A stretch of DNA of 63,984 bases, filler included, from an uncultured bacterium (GTDB lineage: Bacteria > CAYJOG01), in NCBI GenBank assembly GCA_964371695.1. It is 9 parts of 9 records of this genome, joined end to end, with 100 filler letters (N's around TTAATTAATTAA, not from the genome) between each part and the next. Parts side by side here need not be neighbours in the genome. Positions count along the whole stretch, not along the records: positions 52,159 to 59,287 come from CAYJOG010000141.1; positions 59,388 to 63,984 come from CAYJOG010000277.1; 7 more parts are not named here. The stretch is one strand, 5' to 3'. Of this stretch, positions 53,580 to 63,024 are shown one piece after another. The position numbers and the translations under genes are program-made. Position 1 is the first letter of the stretch. Every line of letters starts with the position of its first letter. The notes beneath the pieces are model-generated. The model was not told where the DNA came from. It ran no database searches and saw only the letters and a list, made by a program, of their open reading frames with translations.

Positions 53580-53586
53580 CTGGTTT
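53404..53586. mobile_element. Diverged copy of the 24971-25141 MITE
   Basis: Colinear similarity including GAGCCTGTTT left end, AAACAGGCTCTTGCGG, GGGGGCTTYGCCCCCGC, ATAAAGTCCAGGAYGGACTTTAT; right end decayed. Confidence 0.85.
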
Positions 53587-56500
53587 TATGGCAAGTTTTT
53601 GACCCGAACAGCCAGAAAAGAGCCGGTGTCACCATCTGGTCCATCAGTGTGCTGGTGAACAAACCGCCGAAAATCACCACGGCGATGGGGTGCAGCAACT
53701 CGCGCCCCGGCTGGCCCGCCCCCCGCACCAGGGGCAACAGCGCCAACATGGCCGTGAGTGCTGTCATCAACACCGGCGCAAGGCGCTCCTGCGTGCCCCT
53801 GAAAATCATGCCCCGCGAAAAGCTCTCCCCCTCCTGCGCCACCAGATGCAGGTAATGGGACACCATCATGATGCCGTTGCGGCTGGCGATGCCGCACAGG
53901 GTGATGAACCCGATGAGCGTGGCCACGCTCAGCGGCAGGCGCAGCAGCACCACCGCCAGCACACCTCCCACCATGGCCAGGGGAATGTTCACCATCACCA
54001 TCAGCGCCAGACGCGCCCAGCCAAAGTGCAGCCACAGCACCACAAAAATACCCAACAGGCTCAGCGCCCCCAGCAACAACATGGTGCGGGCAGCGCTCTG
54101 CTGGGCCTGAAACTGGCCTCCCAGTTCAAACCGCACCCCCTGGGGGCTGATTTTCGCCACAATCGCCAGACGCACCTCGTCCACCACGGCCCCCAGGTCG
54201 CGCCCCTGCACGTTGGCCATCACCACCATGCGGCGCTCACCGTTTTCGTGAACAATCTGGTTGGGCCCGCTGGTGGTTTCCACACGGGCCAACTGCTCCA
54301 CGGGCAGTTGACCACCGCCGGGCAATGGCACCGGAAAGCTGGCCAGACCCGCCTCTGGCGAGGTCCCCTGCTGCGGGGCCTTCACCACAATGGCCGTGGT
54401 TTTGCGTCCCTCCAGCCAGTTCCCCACCGGGTGTCCCCCGGCGTAGATTTCCAAAAGCGTGTTCAGTTCCCCCACCTGGATGCCGTGGCGGGCCGCTGCG
54501 TCACGATTGGCGGTCACCCGCACCTGGGGGGTGAGCACCTGTTTTTCCACGGCGAGGTCCACCACCCCCGGCACCGCAGCCAGCACCCGGCGCACTTCTT
54601 CGGCCTTTTGGCGCAACACGCCCAGGTCCTGGCCAATCACCTTCACCGCCAACTGGGCGCGCACACCGCTCAGCAGGTGATCCAGACGGTGGCTGATGGG
54701 CTGGCCCACGTTCACCACCACGCCGGGGATATCCGACAGCACCGTGCGGATGTGGGCCAGGATTTCCTCTTTGCTGCGGCGCGAGGGCCGCAGGTCCACG
54801 TCTATTTCGCTGGAATGCACGCCTTCGGCGTGGTCGTCGTTTTCGGCCCTGCCGGTGCGCCTGCCGGTGGACTTCACCTCTGGCACCCCCAGCAGGCGTT
54901 TTTCGGCCAGCGTGCCCAGGCGGTTGCTGGCGGCCAGTGAAATGCCCGGCTGGGCCACCAGATTGATGGTGAGCGTGCCCTCGTTGAAGGGCGGCAAAAA
55001 CTCGCGGCCCACAAAGGGCAGGGCTGAGGCGCTGAGGACAAACACCAGCCCCGCCAGCAGCAGCACCTTCCACGGGTGCGACAACGACAGGTTCACAAAC
55101 CAACCGTTGACCGTTTTGATGCCCCGCAGCACAAAACCATCCTCATGCCCCCCCCCGGCGGCGCCTTGGGTGCGGGCCAGTAAAAACGAACACAGGGCGG
55201 GCGTGAGCGTGAGCGACACCAGCAAAGACGCCCCCAGGGCCACCAGATAACTCACCCCCAGGGGCTGGAACAGACGCCCCTCCACACCCGACAGGAAAAA
55301 CAACGGCAAAAACACCAGTCCCACAATCACCGTGGCGTAAACAATGGAATTGCGCACCTCCTGCGACGCCTCGGCCACCACCCGCAGCACCGGCAGCGGA
55401 TCGGGCCGGGCGGCGTTCTGCCGCAGGCGGCGATAGACGTTTTCCACGTCCACCACCGCGTCATCCACCAGTTCGCCGATGGCCACCGCCAGGCCCCCCA
55501 GCGTCATGGTGTTCAGGCTCAGGCCAAAGGCCGACAGCACCAGCAGGGTGGTGACAAAACTCAGGGGGATGGCCGTGAGCGTGATGGCCGTGGTGCGCCA
55601 GTTCATGAGGAACATGAGCAGCACCACCAGCACCATCAGGGAGCCATCCCGCAGGGCTTCCTTCACGTTTTCAACGGCGCGGTCTATGAAATCCGCCTGC
55701 TTGAACAAAAGGTTGAAGCGCACGCCCCCCGGCATCTGGTTCCTGATTTCCGTCTTGAGCAGGCGCTCTATTTTGTGTGTGAGTTCGAGGGTGCTCTGGC
55801 CGGGCTGTTTCTGCACGCTCAGAATCACCGCCGGTCGGCCGTTCACCGAGGCGTCTCCCCGCTTGGGCGTCACCCCCATGGTCACGTCCGCCACTTCGCC
55901 CAGCAGCACGGGCCGCCCCCCCGGCGCGCCCACCACGGCGTTTTCCAGATCCTGTAGCGAGGTCATGCGCCCCACGTGGCGCACCACTTTTTCCTGGTCT
56001 CCCTCTGCCCAGAAATTCCCGCTGGTGTTCAGGTTGGCCCACTGCACCGCCTCCGTCACGTCCTGCGCCGAAAGACCCGACAACATCAGCGACTGGGGCC
56101 GCAGCAGCACCTGCGCCTGGGGCAGGTCGCCCCCCATCACCGTCACCTGCGACACACCCTTCACGCCCAGCAGACGGGGCCGCACTGTCCACTCCGCCAG
56201 TGTGCGCAAGTCGGCCCGGCTCACCGAGGGCTTGGTGGCGCTCAGACCCACCAGCAGGATTTCACCCATGATGGAACTCACCGGCCCCATCACCGTGCTG
56301 ACGCCTTCGGGCAATCGCCCGTCCACGGCCTGAAGCCGCTCGGTGACGGTGCGCCGGGCCTCTGCCACGGGCACCGCCCAGTCAAACTCCACCCACACCA
56401 GCGACAGACCCAGCGTGGAGGTGCTGCGCACCCGCTCCACCCCCAGGGCACCCCCCATGGCCTGCTCCAGAGGCAGGCTTACCAGTTGCTCCACTTCTTC

Positions 56501-56674
56501 GGGCGAAAGCCCCTCGGCCTCGCTGAACAACGTCACCGTGGGCCGGTTCAGATCGGGGAACACATCCACCGGCAGTTGCGCCCCCACCCACACGCCATAC
56601 ACCATCAGCAGGGCGCAGAAGAACGTCACCGCCACACGGTTTTTCAGTGAGAATTCAATGATTCGGTTCAGCAT
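53576..56674 (-). CDS. CusA/CzcA-family heavy-metal RND efflux permease
   Basis: MLNRIIEFSL, LPVDVFPDL, GELVDDAVVDVEN, EFLPPFNEG, ERLAPVLMTA. Confidence 0.95.
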   Translation of the reverse strand: MLNRIIEFSLKNRVAVTFFCALLMVYGVWVGAQLPVDVFPDLNRPTVTLFSEAEGLSPEEVEQLVSLPLEQAMGGALGVERVRSTSTLGLSLVWVEFDWAVPVAEARRTVTERLQAVDGRLPEGVSTVMGPVSSIMGEILLVGLSATKPSVSRADLRTLAEWTVRPRLLGVKGVSQVTVMGGDLPQAQVLLRPQSLMLSGLSAQDVTEAVQWANLNTSGNFWAEGDQEKVVRHVGRMTSLQDLENAVVGAPGGRPVLLGEVADVTMGVTPKRGDASVNGRPAVILSVQKQPGQSTLELTHKIERLLKTEIRNQMPGGVRFNLLFKQADFIDRAVENVKEALRDGSLMVLVVLLMFLMNWRTTAITLTAIPLSFVTTLLVLSAFGLSLNTMTLGGLAVAIGELVDDAVVDVENVYRRLRQNAARPDPLPVLRVVAEASQEVRNSIVYATVIVGLVFLPLFFLSGVEGRLFQPLGVSYLVALGASLLVSLTLTPALCSFLLARTQGAAGGGHEDGFVLRGIKTVNGWFVNLSLSHPWKVLLLAGLVFVLSASALPFVGREFLPPFNEGTLTINLVAQPGISLAASNRLGTLAEKRLLGVPEVKSTGRRTGRAENDDHAEGVHSSEIDVDLRPSRRSKEEILAHIRTVLSDIPGVVVNVGQPISHRLDHLLSGVRAQLAVKVIGQDLGVLRQKAEEVRRVLAAVPGVVDLAVEKQVLTPQVRVTANRDAAARHGIQVGELNTLLEIYAGGHPVGNWLEGRKTTAIVVKAPQQGTSPEAGLASFPVPLPGGGQLPVEQLARVETTSGPNQIVHENGERRMVVMANVQGRDLGAVVDEVRLAIVAKISPQGVRFELGGQFQAQQSAARTMLLLGALSLLGIFVVLWLHFGWARLALMVMVNIPLAMVGGVLAVVLLRLPLSVATLIGFITLCGIASRNGIMMVSHYLHLVAQEGESFSRGMIFRGTQERLAPVLMTALTAMLALLPLVRGAGQPGRELLHPIAVVIFGGLFTSTLMDQMVTPALFWLFGSKTCHKTS

Positions 56675-56876
56675 GGTGAGTCCTTTTTTGTCGCTGTCCG
56701 CCAAACAGGGGCAGCGGCTTTGTCTTGGAAAGATTTCAAAAACTCGGATGTGAAATGAGATTTGTTTGTTGATCTGATGGCGGGGGGGGGGGCCCCCCCC
56801 CCCCCAAAAAAAAAATTGAGAGTGTAAATTGGGGGGGGGGGGGCCGCCCCCCCCCCCCCAAAACAAAAAACCTTTT

Positions 56877-58697
56877 TTACTGCTGCTCGCGCAGCAGACC
56901 CACGCCTTCCACGGCGATTTCCTGGCCTTCGGCCAAGCCTGAGAACACCGGCAGGCCACCGGTCTCTGGCGGCCCCAGGTCCACGGCCACCGGTTTGAAG
57001 CCTTCACCGGTCCTGACAAAAACCACCGGCCCGGCCTCGCCCTGCACCACTGCCTTTTCGGGCACAAACAGCCTTTCCTCCTGCCGGGGCAACAGCAGTT
57101 CCAGACGCGCCAGCCCCCCCGGCCTGAGCACGGCGGGTTTGCCCGGCAGCACAAAATAAGCCTTGAGCGTGCGAGTGGCGGGGTCGGTGCCGGGGTCCAG
57201 CACCTTGAGCCGGGCGGTGAACACTTTTCCCGGCGCGGCGTCGGGCATCACCCGCGCCGCCATGCCCGTGCGCACGTGCGGGGCATAGCCCTCCCCCACC
57301 AGCGCCGCCCCCCCCACCGCGGTGTCAACCACCACCGGGAACAGCGGTTTGTACGGCCCGGCAAACTCGCCGTTCACGGCGTCCACCTGACTCAGCACAC
57401 CGCTGATCGGCGACCGCAACACAAAGGTTTTGGCCGCCTGAGCCGCCGAGCGGGGCGGCGTGGCGCGGGGTGATGCCTCCAGCCTGCGGGCCAGTTCCCG
57501 CAATGAGGCCACCGACAGGCGCAGGGTGTCCACGGCCAGTTGTTTTTCCTGCACGTCGCGGGCCGCCACCGCCTGCAACGCCAGCAGGGCGCGGGAGCGG
57601 GAAAGCTCCGCCTCGGCAAAAGCCAAGCCGGTGAGGGTCTGCTGCAACTCGCCCCGTTTTTCCAGGGCGGCGGCGTCCAGTTCCGCCGAAGATTTTGCCG
57701 CTTCCCAGCGGGCCATATCCACGTCCAGAGCGGCGCTGGTTTCCAGCACCTGTGTCACGGTGGCCAGGGTCTGGCCTGCCCGCACCCGCTGACCCAGGGC
57801 AAACCGCCCCGCCACCTTCAGCACGCCTTCCACCGGCGAATGCACCTCGTGGGTGGCCCCCGGCGGCGTCACCACCTGACCGTTGACCCGCAATATCTGC
57901 GGTGAGCGGGAAACCCGCAGCACACGGGTGCGCACACCCAGGGCCTGCCAGTCCACCGCCGCAGCTTTGGTTTCGCCTGTGGCCTCTGGCGACGATGCCT
58001 GGGCCATCTGTTGCTGAACCCAGGACTGATCAAACGGCGGCAAAAAATAAGTGGCCGCCACCCAGAACGCGCCATAAAACACACCCGCGCTCAAGCCCCC
58101 CAGCACGGCCGATTCCACCAAGGCCTTCGCCACCCGGCCCCGGCGCAAACCCAGCACCAGCGCCAGCAACCACACCAGCAACCCGGCGCCCGTGAGCAAC
58201 AAACGCAGTCCCGTCACGCGGCGGTCGGCGGGGGGTTGCAGCACCGGCACATCAAACAGCGCCGTGGCCCCGCCGGGCAAAACCGCCGACAGCGGCAGGT
58301 CTCCTTTAGAAGGAACCTGGGCGTGAAACGAAAACCCGCCCCCCATGCCGTCGTTTTTCAGCGTCTGCCGCTGACCGTTCACCTCCACCGGCAGGGTGTT
58401 TTTTTCATAGGGTGCGATCTCACCCAAAAGCGGATCCGCCACGGCGAGTTTTTTGTCCACCTGCAGGGTCAGGTCCACGGTTTCACCGGGCAGGGGTTTG
58501 CCGGGCGACACCGTGAGTTTCAACCGGTAGCCCCCTGCCCTGCCTTGCCACCGGGTCACCCCCAGCGTCGCCGCCGGACGGTTCCAGGTGGTGGGCGCGG
58601 CGGCCTTTTTTTCGCCATGCACCTCACCCCCGTGGCCAAAGGCCACACGCACCATCAGCACACCCATCAGCGTGCCCAACAAGATGTTTGATTTCAT
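56877..58697 (-). CDS. RND periplasmic adaptor with extra N-terminal HGGEVHG, soluble and two-TM module
   Basis: VHSPVEG, GQRVRAGQTL, LRSPISG, DPATRT, VPEKAV, GLAEGQEI. Confidence 0.85.
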   Translation of the reverse strand: MKSNILLGTLMGVLMVRVAFGHGGEVHGEKKAAAPTTWNRPAATLGVTRWQGRAGGYRLKLTVSPGKPLPGETVDLTLQVDKKLAVADPLLGEIAPYEKNTLPVEVNGQRQTLKNDGMGGGFSFHAQVPSKGDLPLSAVLPGGATALFDVPVLQPPADRRVTGLRLLLTGAGLLVWLLALVLGLRRGRVAKALVESAVLGGLSAGVFYGAFWVAATYFLPPFDQSWVQQQMAQASSPEATGETKAAAVDWQALGVRTRVLRVSRSPQILRVNGQVVTPPGATHEVHSPVEGVLKVAGRFALGQRVRAGQTLATVTQVLETSAALDVDMARWEAAKSSAELDAAALEKRGELQQTLTGLAFAEAELSRSRALLALQAVAARDVQEKQLAVDTLRLSVASLRELARRLEASPRATPPRSAAQAAKTFVLRSPISGVLSQVDAVNGEFAGPYKPLFPVVVDTAVGGAALVGEGYAPHVRTGMAARVMPDAAPGKVFTARLKVLDPGTDPATRTLKAYFVLPGKPAVLRPGGLARLELLLPRQEERLFVPEKAVVQGEAGPVVFVRTGEGFKPVAVDLGPPETGGLPVFSGLAEGQEIAVEGVGLLREQQ

Positions 58698-59287
58698 TCC
58701 GTCCACCCGCTTTCTGAAAGCGCGCTGAGCCAGACGTGGCGCGCTGTGCGCACCGCCGACCGCGCCAGTTCCCGGCCCCGCAGCGCCTCAGCCAGTTGCC
58801 GCACCTGCACCAGCAGATCCGCCGCATCGCCCTGCCCCAGGGCGCTTGCCTCGCGGCTCAGGCGCAGGTTTTCCTCCAGCGCCGGAATCAGCTGGTTTTC
58901 ATACACCGGCAGGGGCAACAGCGATTTTTCATAGGTCTGCCACGCCTGCAACACGGCGCGCTCCTGCACCGCCAGCGCGGCGGTTTCTTTTTCGCGGGCG
59001 CTGAGCAGAAGCTGCTGCGCCACGGCCAGTTCCGGCGCAACCTGGGCGCGCGCCCCCAGCGCGCGCTTCACACCAAACACAAGGCCCGCCTCCAGTTGCT
59101 CGTCCTGTTTCTGGCTGGCTTCCAGTTCCCACGACACCACGGGCATGGCCCGGAACCGCGCCCGGACGGCATCGATTTGAAGCGCCGCCTTTTCCTTTTC
59201 CAGCGCCAGCAGCGCCAGAGCCGGGTCGTGCGTTTTAAGACGGCGGCGGATTTCGGCCTGGGCCAAGGGCTTTTCCGTCACCGGCAC
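58694..59287 (-). CDS. TolC-family outer-membrane efflux protein (5' end truncated)
   Basis: Helical LEENLRLSREASALGQ..DLL pattern; ATGA-coupled to the adaptor. Confidence 0.7.
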   Translation of the reverse strand: MPVTEKPLAQAEIRRRLKTHDPALALLALEKEKAALQIDAVRARFRAMPVVSWELEASQKQDEQLEAGLVFGVKRALGARAQVAPELAVAQQLLLSAREKETAALAVQERAVLQAWQTYEKSLLPLPVYENQLIPALEENLRLSREASALGQGDAADLLVQVRQLAEALRGRELARSAVRTARHVWLSALSESGWTE

Positions 59288-59439
59288 NNNNNNNNNNNNN
59301 NNNNNNNNNNNNNNNNNNNNNNNNNNNNNNNTTAATTAATTAANNNNNNNNNNNNNNNNNNNNNNNNNNNNNNNNNNNNNNNNNNNNGTCCCTGTCCACG
59401 CCCCTCACCACACCAGCCCCGGCGGCAGAAAAAACCCGT

Positions 59440-60705
59440 GTGCTCTCGCGCACCACCACCGTGTGCCCGGTGTGCCTGCGCCTGCTGGTCGCCACGCTGG
59501 AAGACAAAAACGGCGACGTGTGGATGCGCAAAAACTGCCCCGAACACGGCGAGGCCCTCACGCTTTACTGGAAGGACACGGCCTTTTTTGAAGAAGCCAC
59601 CCGGCGCATTTCACCCCGCGTGAACATCTGCCCCGAACCGGCCTGCGCCAAGGGCGAAACCTGCCACGACCACTTTGGCCGCACCGCCAACATTCTGCTG
59701 AACATCACCGAGCGCTGTAACTGGGACTGCCCTTCGTGTTTCAGCGAATCTGGCCGCGAGCGGCCCGACATGACGCTGGACTGGCTGCGGGCGCACCTCA
59801 CGCGGGGGCCGCTGCCCAAAAGCCGCACCACCGTGGCCATATTGGGCGGCGAACCCACGGTACACAAAGACCTGCCGGAGATCATTCGTTATGTGCAAAG
59901 TCTGGGTTACACGGCGCGGCTGGTGACCAACGGCAGCCGCCTGGGACACGAGGACTATCTGCGCAAGCTGCACGCCGCCGGTCTGCGCTGGGTGATTTTG
60001 CAGTTCGACGGATTTGATGATGCGGTTCACGAGAGCTTCCGCCGCCAGCCGGGCCTGCTGGCCAAGCGCCTGGCGGTGATTGAGGCGTGCCGCGCCATGG
60101 GCATCAAGGTGCAGTTCGCCACCATGGTCAAACGCGACGTGAATCTGGATCAGGTGGGAAAGATCGTGCGTTTTGATCTGGAGAACCCCCACATCTTCTG
60201 GCAGAGTTTTTATCCCCACTCGGTGGTGAACAAAGAGCAGACGCCCGATGCCCAGACCCACGTGATAGACGTGATGCGCCAGTTGGAAGAAGACCTGGAC
60301 GGTCAGGTGAGCGTGCAGGACTGGCTGGACACCATGGACCTCATCAACCGCCTGCGGCGCTTCAGCCCCCATCAATACCTCACGCTCAAACTCAACACCT
60401 TCGGTTTGTTGCTGTTCAAAGAGGGCAACCGCGTGGTGCCGGTGAACCGCCTGTGGGGACTGCGGGGCGCGTGGCGTCATCGCCGGGTGCTCTTGGGCGC
60501 GCTGGGTCACGCGGGGGCCTATTTCAATTTTGAGTCGCGGCAGGTGCCGCCGGGGGCGCTGTTTCTGTCGGTGCAGAAGTTCAGCAACGACGACGCCCTG
60601 GATCTGCAGATGACCAGCCAGTCGCATCAAGCTTTTCTCACCGAGCGGGGTCTGGTGCCCTTTGACATCTACAACGTCTATTACCGCAAGGCGTTCGGGA
60701 TTTAG
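59440..60705 (+). CDS. Radical SAM protein of the MJ0619/Tes-like group (start may lie beyond contig edge)
   Basis: CPVC...KNCPEHG, CPEPACAKGETCHDH, ITERCNWDCPSCF, GGEPTVH, LQFDG. Confidence 0.88.
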   Translation: MLSRTTTVCPVCLRLLVATLEDKNGDVWMRKNCPEHGEALTLYWKDTAFFEEATRRISPRVNICPEPACAKGETCHDHFGRTANILLNITERCNWDCPSCFSESGRERPDMTLDWLRAHLTRGPLPKSRTTVAILGGEPTVHKDLPEIIRYVQSLGYTARLVTNGSRLGHEDYLRKLHAAGLRWVILQFDGFDDAVHESFRRQPGLLAKRLAVIEACRAMGIKVQFATMVKRDVNLDQVGKIVRFDLENPHIFWQSFYPHSVVNKEQTPDAQTHVIDVMRQLEEDLDGQVSVQDWLDTMDLINRLRRFSPHQYLTLKLNTFGLLLFKEGNRVVPVNRLWGLRGAWRHRRVLLGALGHAGAYFNFESRQVPPGALFLSVQKFSNDDALDLQMTSQSHQAFLTERGLVPFDIYNVYYRKAFGI

Positions 60706-60948
60706 CGCATTTTCGGAATTGGTGCATCACCATACCAATTTTCAATCGAAACAGCATTAATCCTGAGGGATGAGCCAGTTTGGAAATGGGTGCGGCGAAG
60801 TCCGGCGGTTCGGTGAAAATTGGTATTAAACACCGCGACATAAAAAATGCCGCGTCCTTGAGAAACAGGCCGATGGGGAGGGAGGGCTTTTCCATTACCC
60901 TCGCCCGCGCCCCAGCGTGGGAGAGGGTAAAGAGCGGTGTTGCTTTCA

Positions 60949-62910
60949 TTATTCCGGCGTACTGTCGTACATGTCTTCGGCCAGCACAATCACGCGGTCG
61001 GCGGGGCCAAGGCGAAACACCTTGTCGCGGCCGGGGTTCAGTTGCACATCAAAGGGCGTGACCACGCCGTCTCCCAGCACCAGACCCAGGGTGCATTCGC
61101 TGGCCCGGATGCACGCCACCTGAATGTCCTGAAAGGTCCATTCCTTATCAAGGGGCAGATAACGGGAAACCGGTTTCAGATACACCTCCACGCCGTCGGC
61201 GTCGAGCATGTCCCGGAACACGCCATCCAGCGCCGGTTGAATGGCGATTTGCGCCAGCAACATGCTGGTGATTTCGGGGCTGACCAGAATGTCGAACACC
61301 TTGGTGAGCTCCAGCAGGCGGCGGTTGTCGTGGTGGGTGATCTCAGCCACCATCTGGGTCTGGCTGCTGCCCCCCAGTTCTTTTTGCAGCTCCCGCAGCA
61401 GCACGGCGGCCATGATGATGCGTGCATCGGGGTCTTCTTCTTCAAACGAATGGTCTTCCAGCAAAATCGCACAGGTGAGCGGCTGGGCAAAGAGCGGCTC
61501 CAGCACGCTGCGGCGAATGTAATTGCCCTCTTGCAGTTCCAGGGAAATGTTCGCCAGTTCGTGGGGCAGGTTTTCGTCCAGCAGTTCGCGGGCGGTGTTT
61601 TCGTCGTGGTTCGAAATCACCACCACCGGCGTGCCGGGGGCCACATAGGCATCGAACTGCGCCAGGATGTTGTACAGGTTCTGACTCCATCCCAGAATCA
61701 GCACCCGCTCTGCGCCGTGGCTGGTGATGGGTTGGCAGCGGGCCTGTTCCACCGTGTGGGGCGGGGCGTTTGCTTCCACGGCAAAACCGGCGTCTTCGGC
61801 CAGCAGAATCAGTGATTCCTCTGGCTTCACCACGTAATCTGCCGGGGGGTTCAGCGTGGTTTCCCATTTGGGGGCGGCCTCGGTGCCTTTGTTCACACCC
61901 ACGCCGATGGGGGCCGCCTTGGGAAACAGCGCGGGCACCTCCACCCATTTTTTGCCCACGGCGGCGGGCACGGCCTTGAGGTAACACTCGCTGCCCTCAA
62001 AAGCGAACAGTTCGGCATAAACCAGACTCAGGCCCGGCTGGCGGCTGGCCTGCACCAGAATCTTGCTCACCACGTCGCTGGTGGCCACCAGCGGGAAGGC
62101 CCCCCTGGCCGCCAGTTGGGCGACTTCTTCGTTTTCGTGACGCAGAATTTCGGCCACCACCGGGGGTCTGCCGTGGGGCCAGTTTTCTATCGAGGCCAGC
62201 AGCATGAGGGTTTTGATGACGGGGATGTCGGGGTTGCCCACGCCCTCGTCTTCTTCACCCAGCAGAATGATGGCGCGGGCCTGTGTGAAGGCCACGCGTT
62301 CCAGTTCGTGCAGGTTGCTGGGGTTGCCTCGGCGCAGGATGACACGGTTTTTCATGCTGGGCCGTGTGTAGACCCGCACTTCTTCCTGCATTTCCTCTGG
62401 CTCGTGGGTGGCCAGCACCACAAAGGTAAAGCTGGAATCGTATTCGTCCATCAGGTTGAGAATGGCGAACACCTTTTTGCTCCAGCCCAGAATCAACACA
62501 TGGCCCGATTCCAGCACCTCGCTGTCGCCGCGCCGCAGGGCCGCGAGGCGTTCTTCCACCGCTGCGGTCACAAAACCGATGAAAATACCGAAGATCACCA
62601 TGCCCATGAGGGTGACCAGAAAACCCAGCGCCAGAATGGGCGGCGTGGCCCCGTAGTTGCCGGTGAAAAACCCGGCGTCCAGCACCAGATTCAGCGACCA
62701 CCACAGGGTGTCCAGAAAACCTTTGTCCAGGTTGCGGCTGATGCCCGACACTTCCTTGTTGGCCTCGCTGAACAACCCCAGGAAAAAACCCGTGCTGCCA
62801 ATCAGCACCACACCCAGTGTGAGCAGCGCCAGCAGCAGAAACTGCGCCGAACTGCCACGGGCGAAAATCTTGTCGATCTGGTAATGCAGACGGCGGCGGA
62901 AGTTGCTCAT
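60949..62910 (-). CDS. CASTOR/POLLUX-like ion channel with tandem RCK domains
   Basis: TM-pore(LWWSL..VLDAG)-TM, GDSEVLESGHVLILGW, QASRQPGLSLVYAELFAFEGSE, LDADGVEVYLKP. Confidence 0.88.
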   Translation of the reverse strand: MSNFRRRLHYQIDKIFARGSSAQFLLLALLTLGVVLIGSTGFFLGLFSEANKEVSGISRNLDKGFLDTLWWSLNLVLDAGFFTGNYGATPPILALGFLVTLMGMVIFGIFIGFVTAAVEERLAALRRGDSEVLESGHVLILGWSKKVFAILNLMDEYDSSFTFVVLATHEPEEMQEEVRVYTRPSMKNRVILRRGNPSNLHELERVAFTQARAIILLGEEDEGVGNPDIPVIKTLMLLASIENWPHGRPPVVAEILRHENEEVAQLAARGAFPLVATSDVVSKILVQASRQPGLSLVYAELFAFEGSECYLKAVPAAVGKKWVEVPALFPKAAPIGVGVNKGTEAAPKWETTLNPPADYVVKPEESLILLAEDAGFAVEANAPPHTVEQARCQPITSHGAERVLILGWSQNLYNILAQFDAYVAPGTPVVVISNHDENTARELLDENLPHELANISLELQEGNYIRRSVLEPLFAQPLTCAILLEDHSFEEEDPDARIIMAAVLLRELQKELGGSSQTQMVAEITHHDNRRLLELTKVFDILVSPEITSMLLAQIAIQPALDGVFRDMLDADGVEVYLKPVSRYLPLDKEWTFQDIQVACIRASECTLGLVLGDGVVTPFDVQLNPGRDKVFRLGPADRVIVLAEDMYDSTPE

Positions 62911-63024
62911 GGAAAATGGGTTTTCTAGCGCGGCTTTGCGCGCAGGGGATTGGGCCGAAGCCGCTTTTTTACGGCGGTGGACAAGAAGAGCTATTTTTGA
63001 AAGACGCACGGAGGCCATCATTTT

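Noticed and set aside
56778..56862. Two G-run/C-run palindromes (similar runs at ~19634-19670 and ~37442-37480)
   Set aside because: Look like homopolymer-degraded base calls across GC hairpins/REPs; no reliable G-quadruplex or repeat claim
56675..57154. 160-aa N-terminal extension of the RND permease (and 96-aa extension of PhoH) in the ORF track
   Set aside because: They overlap upstream genes or low-quality sequence; family-typical starts lie downstream
57285..57360. Odd residues in the adaptor beta-barrel region (FPVVVDTAVGGAALVG)
   Set aside because: C-rich runs suggest local sequencing errors rather than real divergence
62911..63024. Cobalamin riboswitch upstream of the BtuF-like gene
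   Set aside because: Intergenic space is only ~114 bp and no B12 box is seen
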